DNA of 64,000 bases from an uncultured Clostridia bacterium (GTDB lineage Bacteria; Bacillota; Clostridia; TANB77; CAG-465): the NCBI GenBank assembly GCA_944387375.1, contig CALXEQ010000003.1, positions 148,969-212,968 of the forward strand. The letters run 5' to 3'. The translations under genes and the position numbers were made by a program. This document shows, piece after piece, positions 29,556 to 40,304 of this stretch. The notes beneath the pieces were generated by a model. The model did not search any database, had not been told where the DNA came from, and saw only the letters and a list, made by a program, of their open reading frames with translations. Position 1 is the first letter of the stretch; each line of letters opens with the position of its first letter.

Positions 29556-30134
29556 CTATTTATTAACATCTTTATACCATTTTGCAAATTCTTGTAATGA
29601 AGAACCTGTTAATTTTCTTCTTTGTATCATCTCTTCATCTGTAAGTTCAGAAAGCGTTTTAGTTAAGTCAAAACTATCTTTATATATATGCCATAGTGGA
29701 CTCCACTGATCATTTTTATCCACGCCTTTATATTCATTTGCTAATATTCCTTTATGTTCATAGAAAAAGTATTTTAAATCTTTTCCATCATAATATGCCA
29801 CACATTCTTTAAATGAACATTTTCTATTTTCTTTACCTCTCATGGCATCAAGTATTCCATTTACTCCAAGTGTATCTAAAGCAAAATTTACAAAAGCTCT
29901 TGGAAATCCATTTAAAGCATCTATATAAAAACCTGAATCCATAGCAATACATGGGTGTTTCACAAGCTCATATGCTTGTAATACTTTTTGTTTTGCAATC
30001 TCTTGAATATCATCTGTTCTAGGTTCAATAAGCTCATAATTATATGGCTCTACCTCAATATCTAGATCACCAAGATACTGTTTTGCTGATGCTATTTTCC
30101 CTTTATTTGTTGTAACAAACGTAATTTTTTTCAT
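29556..30134 (-). CDS. Ham1/RdgB-like (ITPase superfamily) non-canonical NTP pyrophosphatase, divergent C-terminus
   Basis: 192 aa. VTTNKGKIASAKQ resembles the ATGNxGKxxE motif, and AMDSGFYIDALNGFPRAF resembles ADDSGLxVDxLxGxPG of RdgB/Ham1. The C-terminal half is divergent and Trp-rich. Confidence 0.5.
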   Translation of the reverse strand: MKKITFVTTNKGKIASAKQYLGDLDIEVEPYNYELIEPRTDDIQEIAKQKVLQAYELVKHPCIAMDSGFYIDALNGFPRAFVNFALDTLGVNGILDAMRGKENRKCSFKECVAYYDGKDLKYFFYEHKGILANEYKGVDKNDQWSPLWHIYKDSFDLTKTLSELTDEEMIQRRKLTGSSLQEFAKWYKDVNK

Positions 30135-30135
30135 T

Positions 30136-32436
30136 TTACTGCTCCTCTTTTATTATCTCAAGTGGTGTATAATTTGCCATAAGTCTTTTAAATCCTGAGC
30201 CATCAAACATAATCTCAAGTTTAAAATCATCACCTTCTGGTTCAATATTTTCTATTATACCTATTCCAAATTTCTTATGTTTAACTCCCATACCAACTTT
30301 ATATTTTAATGTATTATTACTTTTTACTTGATTATTTCCAGCTAAATTCTTTAAAAATGAATCTACACTTACACCAATACTTGGTCTCACTTTTCTTTCG
30401 ATATTTTCACTTACTCTATTTCTATTAGATAAGTATGTTTCAACTCTTTTATATTCACTATCTAACCAAGTATTTTGATTATTTCTAGCCCCTTTATTTT
30501 CTTTATTTTCAATTGAAGTTTCACTTAATAGGTTTTCTGGTATCTCATCAATAAATCGAGATGGTATTGAATAAGTTGTTGAACCATATAATGTTCTCTT
30601 TTTAGTATTAGTTATAAATAAATGTTTTTTTGCTCTAGTAATAGCAACATAGCATAATCTTCTTTCTTCTTCTGTTTGAGCATCTTCTTCTATTGAACGT
30701 TTAGAAGGGAATAATCCTTCCTCCATACCAACTAAGAACACATTATCAAACTCTAGTCCTTTTGCACTATGCATTGTCATAAGAGTAACTGCATCAGTCG
30801 ACTCATCTAAATTATCCACATCTGATACTAGTGCAATGCTATCTAAGAAATCTCCAAGCGAATTTTCTGCATTTTCATTTTCAAACTCTATTGCCACACC
30901 AATAAATTCCATAAGATTATCAAATCTAATTTCTGTTTCTTTTGTACCTTCTGAGTTTAGCATGTCCTCATATCCAGAATCTTTTAAAGTCTTTTTTATA
31001 AGTTCAGATACTTTTATTTTATCTTTTTCTTTAATAAGATCATTTATCATATCTCTAAAAGACATTATATTTCCAGCACTTCTAAATCCAACTAAATTAT
31101 TACTATCTTGTATAAATTCAAAAATTGACATTCCTTTTTCACTAGACAATGCATCTAACTTATCTAAAGCTGTATTTCCAATTCCTCTTTTAGGTTCATT
31201 TATAATTCTTTTTAATGCAATATTATCATTAGTATTTTGAATTAATTTTAAATAACTAATTATGTCCTTAATCTCTTTTCTTGCATAGAATTTTATTCCC
31301 CCAATAAGCTTATATGGAGTACCTGCTTTCATAAATACTTCTTCAAGTACACGTGCCTGTGCATTTGTTCTAAAAAGTACAGCAAAATTTGAATAGTTTT
31401 CATGCTCTTTCCTACAAATGTCATCAATTTCATCTACAACATATTCAACTTCTTCATACTCATTATTTAAAGTTTTATATTCTATTTTATCTCCTTCTTC
31501 ATTTTGTGTCCAAAGCTGTTTATCTATTTTAGATTTATTATTCTTTATTACCTCATTTGCAGCATTTAGAATATTTTGTGTACTTCTATAATTTTCTTCT
31601 AACTTAACAATTTTTGCATTAGGAAATTCTTGCTCAAAATTTAATATATTAGATATGTCTGCACCTCTAAATCCATATATACTTTGAGATTCATCACCCA
31701 CAACACAAATATTACCAGTTGCGGATGATAACATACTAATAAGTAAAAACTGTGATTTGTTGGTATCTTGATACTCATCAACCAAAATATAATTAAATTT
31801 ATTTTGATAGTATAAAAGTCTATCAGGATTTTCTAAAAATAATTGTACAGTAAGCATTATTATATCGTCAAAATCTATAGAATTATTCTTTTTTAATGTT
31901 TCTTGATACATATTATACACTTTTGCTATTTCTTCTTTTCTAAAATCTCCCATAGCATCTTTTTGATAAGCTACTTCATCTTTCATAGCCTCTTTAGCCT
32001 TGCTTATTTCAGATTTTATAAGTCCTACTGGATATACTTTTTCATCTATATTAAGTTTTTTCATAACTTCTTTTATAACTTTTTCTTTATCTATTTCATC
32101 AAATATATTAAAATCTCTTGTATATCCTAATAGTTCAATTTCTCTTTTTAAAATTCTTACACAAACAGAATGAAAAGTACCAAGCCACATATCATTTGAA
32201 ACTTGTCCAACCAAAGCTTCAATTCTTTCTTTCATTTCCTTAGCAGCTTTATTTGTAAAAGTAATTGCAAGTATTTGCCATGGTTTTACAATTTCTTTTT
32301 CAAGTAAATATGCAATCTTATACGTTAATACTCTTGTTTTTCCAGAGCCAGCGCCTGCAAGAATCAATAATGGACCTGCCATATATTCAACTGCCTCTTG
32401 TTGTTTGTCATTTAAATTTTCTAATAAATTGCTCAT
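30136..32436 (-). CDS. pcrA: ATP-dependent DNA helicase PcrA (UvrD family)
   Basis: 766 aa with N-terminal LNDKQQEAVEYMAGPLLILAGAGSGKTRVLTYKIAYL (Walker A), plus DEYQDTN and the UvrD-C region. Confidence 0.9.
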   Translation of the reverse strand: MSNLLENLNDKQQEAVEYMAGPLLILAGAGSGKTRVLTYKIAYLLEKEIVKPWQILAITFTNKAAKEMKERIEALVGQVSNDMWLGTFHSVCVRILKREIELLGYTRDFNIFDEIDKEKVIKEVMKKLNIDEKVYPVGLIKSEISKAKEAMKDEVAYQKDAMGDFRKEEIAKVYNMYQETLKKNNSIDFDDIIMLTVQLFLENPDRLLYYQNKFNYILVDEYQDTNKSQFLLISMLSSATGNICVVGDESQSIYGFRGADISNILNFEQEFPNAKIVKLEENYRSTQNILNAANEVIKNNKSKIDKQLWTQNEEGDKIEYKTLNNEYEEVEYVVDEIDDICRKEHENYSNFAVLFRTNAQARVLEEVFMKAGTPYKLIGGIKFYARKEIKDIISYLKLIQNTNDNIALKRIINEPKRGIGNTALDKLDALSSEKGMSIFEFIQDSNNLVGFRSAGNIMSFRDMINDLIKEKDKIKVSELIKKTLKDSGYEDMLNSEGTKETEIRFDNLMEFIGVAIEFENENAENSLGDFLDSIALVSDVDNLDESTDAVTLMTMHSAKGLEFDNVFLVGMEEGLFPSKRSIEEDAQTEEERRLCYVAITRAKKHLFITNTKKRTLYGSTTYSIPSRFIDEIPENLLSETSIENKENKGARNNQNTWLDSEYKRVETYLSNRNRVSENIERKVRPSIGVSVDSFLKNLAGNNQVKSNNTLKYKVGMGVKHKKFGIGIIENIEPEGDDFKLEIMFDGSGFKRLMANYTPLEIIKEEQ

Positions 32437-32449
32437 TTTATATACTCCT

Positions 32450-33169
32450 TTATAATTCTAAAATCCCACCATAATCTACAACATCTAATCCTTTAAAGTC
32501 TATTATTTTCAATTTTCTATCCGTTATAAATTTCCTAATCTTATTATCTTTATCTATCTTATCTAAATCGCCAAACACTATTATACTATTTCCTATTTTC
32601 CCCATTGCTCCACCAATAAAACCTGTCATGTTGCTATAATTTCCATGTTCATCTTTTAATTTTATATCTGGTATATAGTCTAATAGTAAAACACTAAAAT
32701 TGTTTGCTCTTAATTTTTCTGCTATTTTTCTATCTGTAGTAATAACACTACTTTCATCAATTACTGCTATTGAACAATTAGAATATCCTTGCTCAACGTT
32801 TATTAATTCATAACCATTTTCTTTTAAGCATTTTAACACTATTTTATCTGTATATTTAAAATTATGTATTGCATAATTTCCAACAACACATACATTATAT
32901 TTTATATCATCTGGATACTTCATAGCAACTTCTTCCTTGCCAGAAATAATATTGTAACCGCTATTTTTGATTAAAAATAATAAATCTTCATACTTACTTT
33001 TTTCTACAATTAAATTATTTCCGACTTTAAGTGCAAATATATCTACATGTGATGCTATTTCTGGATATACGTTTTGTGATCTATCAATATTTACAAGTCT
33101 ATACCCAAAATATTTTAACATATTCTTTTCAACATTTCTCATTCTACAATCTACTAAAATATATTGCAT
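32450..33169 (-). CDS. Hypothetical protein (239 aa), co-directional with pcrA
   Basis: Intact ORF with good coding character. I recognise no motif. Confidence 0.4.
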   Translation of the reverse strand: MQYILVDCRMRNVEKNMLKYFGYRLVNIDRSQNVYPEIASHVDIFALKVGNNLIVEKSKYEDLLFLIKNSGYNIISGKEEVAMKYPDDIKYNVCVVGNYAIHNFKYTDKIVLKCLKENGYELINVEQGYSNCSIAVIDESSVITTDRKIAEKLRANNFSVLLLDYIPDIKLKDEHGNYSNMTGFIGGAMGKIGNSIIVFGDLDKIDKDNKIRKFITDRKLKIIDFKGLDVVDYGGILEL

Positions 33170-33302
33170 ATATCTTCCCTCCTTTTCTTTTTTAATTAAA
33201 TTTCATACATATTATTTATATAATTATACCGAACATAAATTCTAGTTTATTATATCAAAAAAAAATTAGTATTTCAATTATGAATTACTAATTTTTTGTG
33301 TC

Positions 33303-34676
33303 TTAAATTGCCATTGTACCTCCTGGTGTACTAAGTAAAATATATATTTTTTCTTCTTGAAGTGTATCTGCATTTATATACACTAAAAATTCTTTATCAT
33401 CAACATTTCCTTTAAATTCATAAGCTAAAACTTCGTCTTTAGAATCTGTTGGAATTACACAAAGTCTTTGAGAAACAATATTTAAATTTTTATATAATTT
33501 TTCTTTTGCTTGCTCTACAGAATTTTTAGGAGAAATTTCTCTTTCTTTATGATTATATATATATCCGTTTGCTTCAAAACTCATTATCTCTCCATTATCT
33601 AAAGCTACTTTTACTTTTATTAAATCTGAATAAATAATTACATCATCTTGCATAGCTGCAAAAGAAATAGTAACCATATTTTCGCCTTTAAGATAATATG
33701 TAGGTTCTACATCATATACTCCAATATTATTAATGTAATTTAGTGCATATTCTTTTGCCTTTTCAATATCAATTTTTTCTTCATCTACTTTTCTATCTGA
33801 AATCATTTGATATAGTCTCGCATCATTTTTTGTTACATATAATGTTTTTATTGTATCTATTCCACTTATTTTTGCTTCATATATATAAAGTGGAATTTTC
33901 CCATCTTGCTCTTCTTTAAATGTTATATCTTCTATATTTAATTGATTTTTTAATATATTTTGTGCTTCATCACTAGATACAACATTCTCACTTAAAAAAC
34001 TGGGTTCTCTTGTAAGTACATGCTCTGAAAAAGCTCCATCATATATTAACCCCTCATATTCTGTAAAAGTTTTACCTATCTTATTCACACTAGACAATTC
34101 TTCCTCTGCTTGCACATTTTTTATTTTTTCATCTCCGACTCTTTCAAGCTCATCCCACTTTATACTTTTACTATTTAAGTCTTTATATATTTCTTCTGTA
34201 ACACTAGATAAATCATATATTTTTGTATATATAGTATCTATTTGTTCTTTATAATTTGAAATATCATCTCCATTTATTATATTTCTCATTAACGAATATG
34301 AAAAATCACTAACTTGTGTTAAAAATTTGGATACATTTGATACACTTCCTTCTGAAAAAGGCAATACATCTAAATTAGATTTTGCACTGTTAGACTTTGC
34401 AAAAATACTTGCAAGAGTAGTTAAAGTATATGTATCATTACTTGTAATTTTTAATTTTACTATTTCATTTTCAATATTATTTATATTTGCAACAAAGTCA
34501 TACATGCTTCTATTATATTCATCTTGAACAGATTGCTTTTCTATTTTAAACTGTTTTAAAAGAACCATTGTACCTAAAATTATTAAAGAAAAAATACTAA
34601 AAAACAATATACCAAGTTTTTTATTTCCAATTTTTTTTTTAAATTCTATTATTTTCTTTTCAAACTTTTCAAACAT
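33303..34676 (-). CDS. ypeB: Germination protein YpeB (PepSY-domain, N-terminal TM)
   Basis: N-terminal TM and internal SDFSYSL segment. The C-terminus VKVALDNGEIMSFEANGY...EVLAYEFKGNVDDKEFLVYINADTLQEEKI parallels B. subtilis YpeB (MKVALDDGEVVGFSAKDY...EVLCYEMLGTIENDTYRMFINAEDGSEEKV). The start is chosen at MFEKFEKK (34676), so the gene abuts sleB. Confidence 0.8.
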   Translation of the reverse strand: MFEKFEKKIIEFKKKIGNKKLGILFFSIFSLIILGTMVLLKQFKIEKQSVQDEYNRSMYDFVANINNIENEIVKLKITSNDTYTLTTLASIFAKSNSAKSNLDVLPFSEGSVSNVSKFLTQVSDFSYSLMRNIINGDDISNYKEQIDTIYTKIYDLSSVTEEIYKDLNSKSIKWDELERVGDEKIKNVQAEEELSSVNKIGKTFTEYEGLIYDGAFSEHVLTREPSFLSENVVSSDEAQNILKNQLNIEDITFKEEQDGKIPLYIYEAKISGIDTIKTLYVTKNDARLYQMISDRKVDEEKIDIEKAKEYALNYINNIGVYDVEPTYYLKGENMVTISFAAMQDDVIIYSDLIKVKVALDNGEIMSFEANGYIYNHKEREISPKNSVEQAKEKLYKNLNIVSQRLCVIPTDSKDEVLAYEFKGNVDDKEFLVYINADTLQEEKIYILLSTPGGTMAI

Positions 34677-34678
34677 AT

Positions 34679-35170
34679 CTATTCCTCCACAGCAAATACA
34701 TGTTTGCCAATTGTCGTTAAAGTTTTTAAAGAAAACAGCCATTTACTTTTTGTTTTTGACGGGTTATAAAAATACAAAGCTCCATTTGTAGGATCAACAC
34801 CATTCATTGCATCTTGTGCAGCTTTATACACTGTTGAATCTTCTTCAATTGGTACATCAAACTGTCCATCTGTCACACACGAAAATTGTCCTTTTTGATA
34901 TATAACACCCGCTATAGTGTTAGGAAAAGATGGATCTTTTACCCTATTCATTATAACTGCACCTACTGCTACTTGCCCAATATATGGCTCACCACGTGCT
35001 TCACCATTTATAAGTCTGGCAAGAAGCTCCACCATATTATCTCCAGATACTTTATCTGTTGATATAGAACTCTCTACTTTTTGTGTTTGTGCATAAACTA
35101 TTACAAAACTATATATTAAAAACATAATAAAAAAAAGACATGCTATATATTTTTTCTTCATAATCCTCAC
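34679..35170 (-). CDS. sleB: Spore cortex-lytic enzyme, SleB/CwlJ hydrolase domain with signal peptide
   Basis: LLARLINGEARGEPYIGQVAVGAVIMNRVKDPSFPNTIAGVIYQKGQFSCVTDG...GALYFYNP matches the SleB catalytic domain (LLARMIYSEAGGEPYEGQVAVGAVVLNRV...GALYFYNP). It has no N-terminal PG-binding domain (163 aa). Confidence 0.8.
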   Translation of the reverse strand: MRIMKKKYIACLFFIMFLIYSFVIVYAQTQKVESSISTDKVSGDNMVELLARLINGEARGEPYIGQVAVGAVIMNRVKDPSFPNTIAGVIYQKGQFSCVTDGQFDVPIEEDSTVYKAAQDAMNGVDPTNGALYFYNPSKTKSKWLFSLKTLTTIGKHVFAVEE

Positions 35171-35223
35171 CTTTTAATAGTTTGAGTTATGTTATAAAAA
35201 ATATACAACATGTTTTTTATACT

Positions 35224-35478
35224 TTATATAAAAAATCCTATTATAATTAAAAGTATTACACCAGGAACTCCAAAAACTCCGGCAATAAGTGCTGTTACTA
35301 TATTAAAAGGAATTGTTATTCCTATTGCACCACCAAATGTATTTACTAGATATATCATTAATACACCTAATCCAACATTAATAGCAAGCTTTATAATCTT
35401 TTTAATAGGCCATGCAAGTAGCTTTGCTACTATAATTACAGCTATAGCTGCAAATATTAATACTATATACTCAGTCAT
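35224..35478 (-). CDS. bofA: Pro-sigma-K processing inhibitor BofA
   Basis: 84 aa with two TM segments. NTFGGAIGITIPFNIVTALIAGVFGVPGVILLIII matches the B. subtilis BofA C-terminus (NMFGGSLGIHVPINLVTTAISGILGIPGIAALVVI). Confidence 0.8.
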   Translation of the reverse strand: MTEYIVLIFAAIAVIIVAKLLAWPIKKIIKLAINVGLGVLMIYLVNTFGGAIGITIPFNIVTALIAGVFGVPGVILLIIIGFFI

Positions 35479-35495
35479 ATGTTTATCCTCCTAAA

Positions 35496-36758
35496 TTATA
35501 TAATTCTTACTATATCCTTATATGTTACAAATACTGTTAATAGTAATAATAATCCAAGTCCTATATATGATACTGTAAGCTCTACCTTTTCAGATACTTT
35601 CTTTCTTGTTACACACTCTATAAGTACTAATAATATTTTTCCTCCATCAAGTGGTGGAAATGGTAATATATTTGCAACGCCAACTGCCATGCTTATCATT
35701 GCCATTAGAAAGAAGAAATTTAATACTCCTTCACTTTTTGAAACAACTTCACCAATTCCAACAATTCCTGACATATTATCTAAAGATACTCTACCTGCGA
35801 ATAAGTCTACATATGAACCTACTATACTTTTTATATTTTCTACTGTTTCTATAAATGCATATGAAATATTAGATTTTGTTGTAGCAATACTTGCTATACC
35901 TAAATCAAAAACTTCTGTAGCTTCTGGTACAATACTATAATCTATTATTTCTTCTCCTCTTTGTACTTTAACCACCACTTCTTGATTTGGTTTTTTCTCT
36001 ATTTCATTTACTACACTAACCGCATCTGGTGTTGATACATTATCTACAGATAGTATAATATCTCCTGCTTTTATTCCTACTTCTGTAGCACTTGTTCCAG
36101 CACCTGTAAGTTCCACTACATTTGTTTGATTACCTTGATCATCTATTTTAAAGCTAATACCAATTTTTCCTTCTATTCTTCTAGCATCTTCTACTGTAGT
36201 TGTATATATTTGACCATCTCTTTCATATTCTAAAGTGATGTCATTTGAATCACCATCTAGTCTATAATTTGAAATTTGTGAATATAACTCAACTTCTTTT
36301 CCATTAATAGACTTAATTATATCTCCTGCTTGAAGTCCAGCTTGTGCAAGCACTGAATCTTCTGTAAAAGATGTAACCTGTGTTGTAGCAACATTTCCTG
36401 GTAAATACACTGCTAAAAATACTACTGTTGCTAAAATAAAGTTAAATATTACACCCATTGAAAGGATAACAATCTTCTCAAATGCATTTTTCTTTTGATA
36501 TGATGTCTCACTTTCTTTATTATCTTCTGTAGCTTCTTCTCCTTCAATAGCACAATATCCACCAAGTGGTATCCATCTTAATGAATACATTGTACCTTTA
36601 AATTTTTTTTGAACAATTTTTGGTCCAAACCCTATTGAAAATTCATCTACTCCAACTTTTAATAATTTACTTGCTAAAAAATGTCCAAATTCATGAACTG
36701 TAGCAACTGCAACAATTATAGCAAGCAACTTTACTATAGTTATTAAAAAAGTTATCAA
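35496..36758 (-). CDS. rseP: RIP site-2 metalloprotease RseP/RasP (M50 with PDZ)
   Basis: 420 aa. HEFGHF zinc motif in TM1, a central PDZ region and a C-terminal LDGG motif (PFPPLDGGKI). Confidence 0.85.
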   Translation of the reverse strand: MITFLITIVKLLAIIVAVATVHEFGHFLASKLLKVGVDEFSIGFGPKIVQKKFKGTMYSLRWIPLGGYCAIEGEEATEDNKESETSYQKKNAFEKIVILSMGVIFNFILATVVFLAVYLPGNVATTQVTSFTEDSVLAQAGLQAGDIIKSINGKEVELYSQISNYRLDGDSNDITLEYERDGQIYTTTVEDARRIEGKIGISFKIDDQGNQTNVVELTGAGTSATEVGIKAGDIILSVDNVSTPDAVSVVNEIEKKPNQEVVVKVQRGEEIIDYSIVPEATEVFDLGIASIATTKSNISYAFIETVENIKSIVGSYVDLFAGRVSLDNMSGIVGIGEVVSKSEGVLNFFFLMAMISMAVGVANILPFPPLDGGKILLVLIECVTRKKVSEKVELTVSYIGLGLLLLLTVFVTYKDIVRII

Positions 36759-36782
36759 ATTTGTTACCTCCCTTTATATTAT

Positions 36783-37610
36783 CTATATTAAACTAAATAT
36801 GTATATAAATGAATATAATATTGGTGCTATAAACATAACACTATCAAATCTATCTAAAATACCACCATGTCCTGGCATAATATTACTAAAATCTTTTACG
36901 CCACAAAATCTTTTTATGGATGATGCAGCTAAATCTCCTATCTGTCCAACAATACTTAATACAAATCCCATAATTGCTATTAATATTATATTAAAATTTG
37001 TATCAAAATATGTATTAGTTATAATTGCAACTATACTACATATTATTGTAGAACCAATAATACCAGCTATTGAGCCTTCTATACTTTTTTTAGGACTTAC
37101 AAATTCTGACAATTTATGCTTACCAAAGCGTGATCCTATTTCATAAGCAAAAGTATCTGTAGAAATTGAGCTTGCAAATGCAAGTATTACAAAAATTCTA
37201 CCATGTGGCATTAAAAATAATAACTTAATAAAAGAAAATAAAAATGGAACATATATTATTGAAAAAAATGTTATAACAAGATCAATAATATTTACCTTTA
37301 ATTTCTTTATAACTATATAAGAAAACATTATAGTAAGCAAAATTGGAATTGAAATTGCAATAATATTAATTTTAGTTAATACATCTATATCAGCACCTAA
37401 CAATAAAATGCCAAAACAGCTAATATATCCTACAATTGAAATAGGATTATATCCTTTAGCTTTAAAGCATTTATTATATTCATATACGCCCATAATAGAT
37501 AGTAATAGAACAAAGACTGAATCTACTATAGCATTGTTTAAACACAAAACAAGTATTAAAACAACCATAAAAATAAATCCAGTTGTTAATCTTTTTACAC
37601 TCTCTTTCAA
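36783..37610 (-). CDS. cdsA: Phosphatidate cytidylyltransferase
   Basis: 275-aa polytopic membrane protein with the C-terminal CdsA signature GHGGILDRFDS. Confidence 0.8.
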   Translation of the reverse strand: MKESVKRLTTGFIFMVVLILVLCLNNAIVDSVFVLLLSIMGVYEYNKCFKAKGYNPISIVGYISCFGILLLGADIDVLTKINIIAISIPILLTIMFSYIVIKKLKVNIIDLVITFFSIIYVPFLFSFIKLLFLMPHGRIFVILAFASSISTDTFAYEIGSRFGKHKLSEFVSPKKSIEGSIAGIIGSTIICSIVAIITNTYFDTNFNIILIAIMGFVLSIVGQIGDLAASSIKRFCGVKDFSNIMPGHGGILDRFDSVMFIAPILYSFIYIFSLI

Positions 37611-37630
37611 TTTAAAAACCCCTTACTCTT

Positions 37631-38179
37631 TTATACTTCCATTACCTCTTTTTCTTTATTTTCAATTACTTTTTCTACTTTATCTGTATATTTATCTGTT
37701 ATTTTTTGAATTTTATCTTCTGCTGATTTTAATTCATCCTCTGTCATTTCTCCATTATTTTTTAATGCTTTAGCGTCATCTATTCCATCTCTTCTTAGAT
37801 TTCTAATAGCAACTTTTGCATCTTCACCTAAAGACTTAACATCTTTTACAATTTGTCTTCTTCTTTCCTCATTTAATTCTGGAAAAGTAAGTCTTACACT
37901 ATTTCCATCATTTATAGGATTAACTCCAAGCTCAGCAACTTGAATAGCTTTTATTATTTGACCAAGTAAAGATCTATCCCATGGAGTTATTAAAATCTGT
38001 CTTGCTTCTGGTACAGATATTGCTCCTATTTGATTTAATGGAGTCTGTACTCCATAATACTCTACTGTTACTTTATTTAATATTGCAGGATTTGCTCTTC
38101 CTGCTCTTATTGCTGCTAACTCTTCACATAAATAATCTACAGCTTTTTGCATTTTTTCTTCTAACTTATCATATTCCAT
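37631..38179 (-). CDS. frr: Ribosome recycling factor
   Basis: 182 aa, MEYDKLEEKMQKAVDYLCEELAAIRAGRANPAILNKVTVEYYG is a typical Frr sequence. Confidence 0.9.
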   Translation of the reverse strand: MEYDKLEEKMQKAVDYLCEELAAIRAGRANPAILNKVTVEYYGVQTPLNQIGAISVPEARQILITPWDRSLLGQIIKAIQVAELGVNPINDGNSVRLTFPELNEERRRQIVKDVKSLGEDAKVAIRNLRRDGIDDAKALKNNGEMTEDELKSAEDKIQKITDKYTDKVEKVIENKEKEVMEV

Positions 38180-38247
38180 AATCTTTCTAACTCTCCTTTA
38201 AAATACTCATAATATAATTATACATTAAAAATAGAAAAAAGCAATAA

Positions 38248-40221
38248 TTAATAACCATACAAATACTGATTTCTACTTTTTTTAAACTTTACTACTTTAT
38301 TTCTAATATATTCTTCCAATTTCTTCATAAATTCATCTGCACTTATTTCTTTTTGTGCTACCATAGTAAGACCTTTTTCCCAACTTGCAGTAAGTTCTGG
38401 GTTAAGTAAATCTGGCATAGTTTTTGAAACTATTTCATATACTGCTTCTCCTCTTTTTGTAGGAGTTAAAATTTGTGTCTTTTTATTAATAGCTATATAA
38501 TCTATTTTTTCTAATTTTTTTATAATTTCTGCTCTAGTAGCACTTGTTCCTATTCCACTTCCTTTTATTTGTTCTCGTAGTGCTTCGTCTTCAATTAGTT
38601 TTCCTGCATTTTCCATAGCAAGTATCATAGAGCCAGATGAATATCTCTTAGGTGGTGTTGTTTCTCCTGTTTTAATATTAAAGTTCTTTATATTAATAAT
38701 ATCATTTTTTCTTAAATTTGCTAAAATATCACTATTTGTTAATATTTGCTCATCATCTTTACCATCTTTTTCATCTATTTCTTCTTTTTCTATTTTCTTA
38801 TCGTTTTTATATATTTCCAAATATCCTAACTTTTCACATACTTTAGCATTTGTAAAAAACTTTTCGCCATTTACATCTATTGTTATTGAAATTCTATTAT
38901 ATATAGCTGGCGGATAAAATATTGCTAAAAATCTTTTAATAATTAAAAAATATACTTCTTTTTCAAGAATTGTAAGTTTATCTATATTCTCTCTTCCTTG
39001 CCCAGTTGGAATAATTGCATAATGATCTGTTATTTTACTATCATCTACATATTTCGTTTTTTCAAGCTTAATACTATACTTTTCTTTTATCATTTTGTCT
39101 ATTATTTTGTCAATTTCATCATTGACTTTCATCTTTGCAAGTCCATTAAGATTTTTGCTAATGACCTTTGCTACTGCACTAGATAATACTCTTGCATCAG
39201 TTCTTGGATATGTAACTAACTTTTTTTCATATAAATTTTGTATTATCTGTAATGTTTCATCAGGGCTAATTTTAAATTTTTTTGTACATTCATTTTGTAC
39301 TTCTGCAAGATTGAATAAAAGTGGAGGATTTTCTTTACTCTTCTTTTTAGTGATATTTTCTATTTTTCCTGTTTTATTTTTAGACAAATAGTTTATAAAA
39401 TCCTGTGCATCTTGCTTTTTCTTAAAGCCAGTATCATTATATAATTTTATAGAATCATATACACTAGATGTATTTGTTACTTTAAAATCCCCTTTAAATT
39501 CGTTTTTCTCGCTTTTTAGAAAAGTTCCTTGTATTTTATAAAAATTAACTTTTTTAAAGTTTCTTATTTCATTTTCTCTATTTACTACAAGTCCTAAAAC
39601 ACATGTCATAACCCTACCAATAGATATTACAGCTCTATCTTCTCCCATGGTTTTTGCTAATCTTTTAGCATATAGTAGTGATAATAATCTTGAAAAATTG
39701 ATTCCTATCAAATAATCTTCCTTTGCTCTCAAATATGCAGCATCAGATAATGAATTATACTCATTAAGTAGCTTAGCCTCTTTAATTCCATTTAATATTG
39801 CTTCTTCTGTTTGAGAGTCAATCCAAACACGACGTTTCTCCTTTTTAGGACTTCCTGCCATACTATCTACTAATCTATAAATATATTCTCCTTCTCTTCC
39901 AGAGTCAGTACATACATATATTAAATCTACATCTTCTCTATTTAATATATTAGATACTATTTCAAATTGTTTTTTTACATTGTCTATAACTTCGTATTTA
40001 AATTCCTTTGGAATAAACGGTAAGGTAGATAAATTCCAATATTTCATTTTTTCATCATACTTTTCTGGATAAGACATAGTTACAAGATGTCCTACACACC
40101 ACGTTACAATATAATCACTTGATTCCATATATCCGTTTTTATTTACTGCATTTATTTTTAAAGCTTTAGCAAACTCTTTTGCTACACTTGGTTTTTCTGC
40201 TATTATTACTTTTTTTGCCAT
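38248..40221 (-). CDS. topB: DNA topoisomerase III (type IA)
   Basis: 657 aa. The N-terminal Toprim MAKKVIIAEKPSVAKEFAKAL matches the TopB start. The type IA active-site Tyr region and Lys-rich C-terminus are present. Confidence 0.8.
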   Translation of the reverse strand: MAKKVIIAEKPSVAKEFAKALKINAVNKNGYMESSDYIVTWCVGHLVTMSYPEKYDEKMKYWNLSTLPFIPKEFKYEVIDNVKKQFEIVSNILNREDVDLIYVCTDSGREGEYIYRLVDSMAGSPKKEKRRVWIDSQTEEAILNGIKEAKLLNEYNSLSDAAYLRAKEDYLIGINFSRLLSLLYAKRLAKTMGEDRAVISIGRVMTCVLGLVVNRENEIRNFKKVNFYKIQGTFLKSEKNEFKGDFKVTNTSSVYDSIKLYNDTGFKKKQDAQDFINYLSKNKTGKIENITKKKSKENPPLLFNLAEVQNECTKKFKISPDETLQIIQNLYEKKLVTYPRTDARVLSSAVAKVISKNLNGLAKMKVNDEIDKIIDKMIKEKYSIKLEKTKYVDDSKITDHYAIIPTGQGRENIDKLTILEKEVYFLIIKRFLAIFYPPAIYNRISITIDVNGEKFFTNAKVCEKLGYLEIYKNDKKIEKEEIDEKDGKDDEQILTNSDILANLRKNDIINIKNFNIKTGETTPPKRYSSGSMILAMENAGKLIEDEALREQIKGSGIGTSATRAEIIKKLEKIDYIAINKKTQILTPTKRGEAVYEIVSKTMPDLLNPELTASWEKGLTMVAQKEISADEFMKKLEEYIRNKVVKFKKSRNQYLYGY

Positions 40222-40271
40222 TTCTAAAACCCCTCACCATATTTAATTATACACTAAAATAATAAATTAAT

Positions 40272-40299
40272 CAAAAAAGATAAGGAAAATTCCTTATCT
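40272..40299 (-). terminator. Rho-independent terminator downstream of the NodB-domain gene
   Basis: Stem AGATAAGGA (40278-40286) / TCCTTATCT (40291-40299) with loop AAAT. The A6 run at 40273-40278 gives the U-tract on the minus transcript. Confidence 0.5.
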
Positions 40300-40304
40300 T
40301 AAAA

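Noticed and set aside
30836-32474. Plus-strand ORFs inside pcrA
   Set aside because: They are antisense artefacts within the PcrA coding region.
35210-35940. Plus-strand ORFs (94, 153 and 67 aa) around bofA/rseP
   Set aside because: They are antisense to bofA and rseP, with no RBS. The minus-strand genes have strong homology support.
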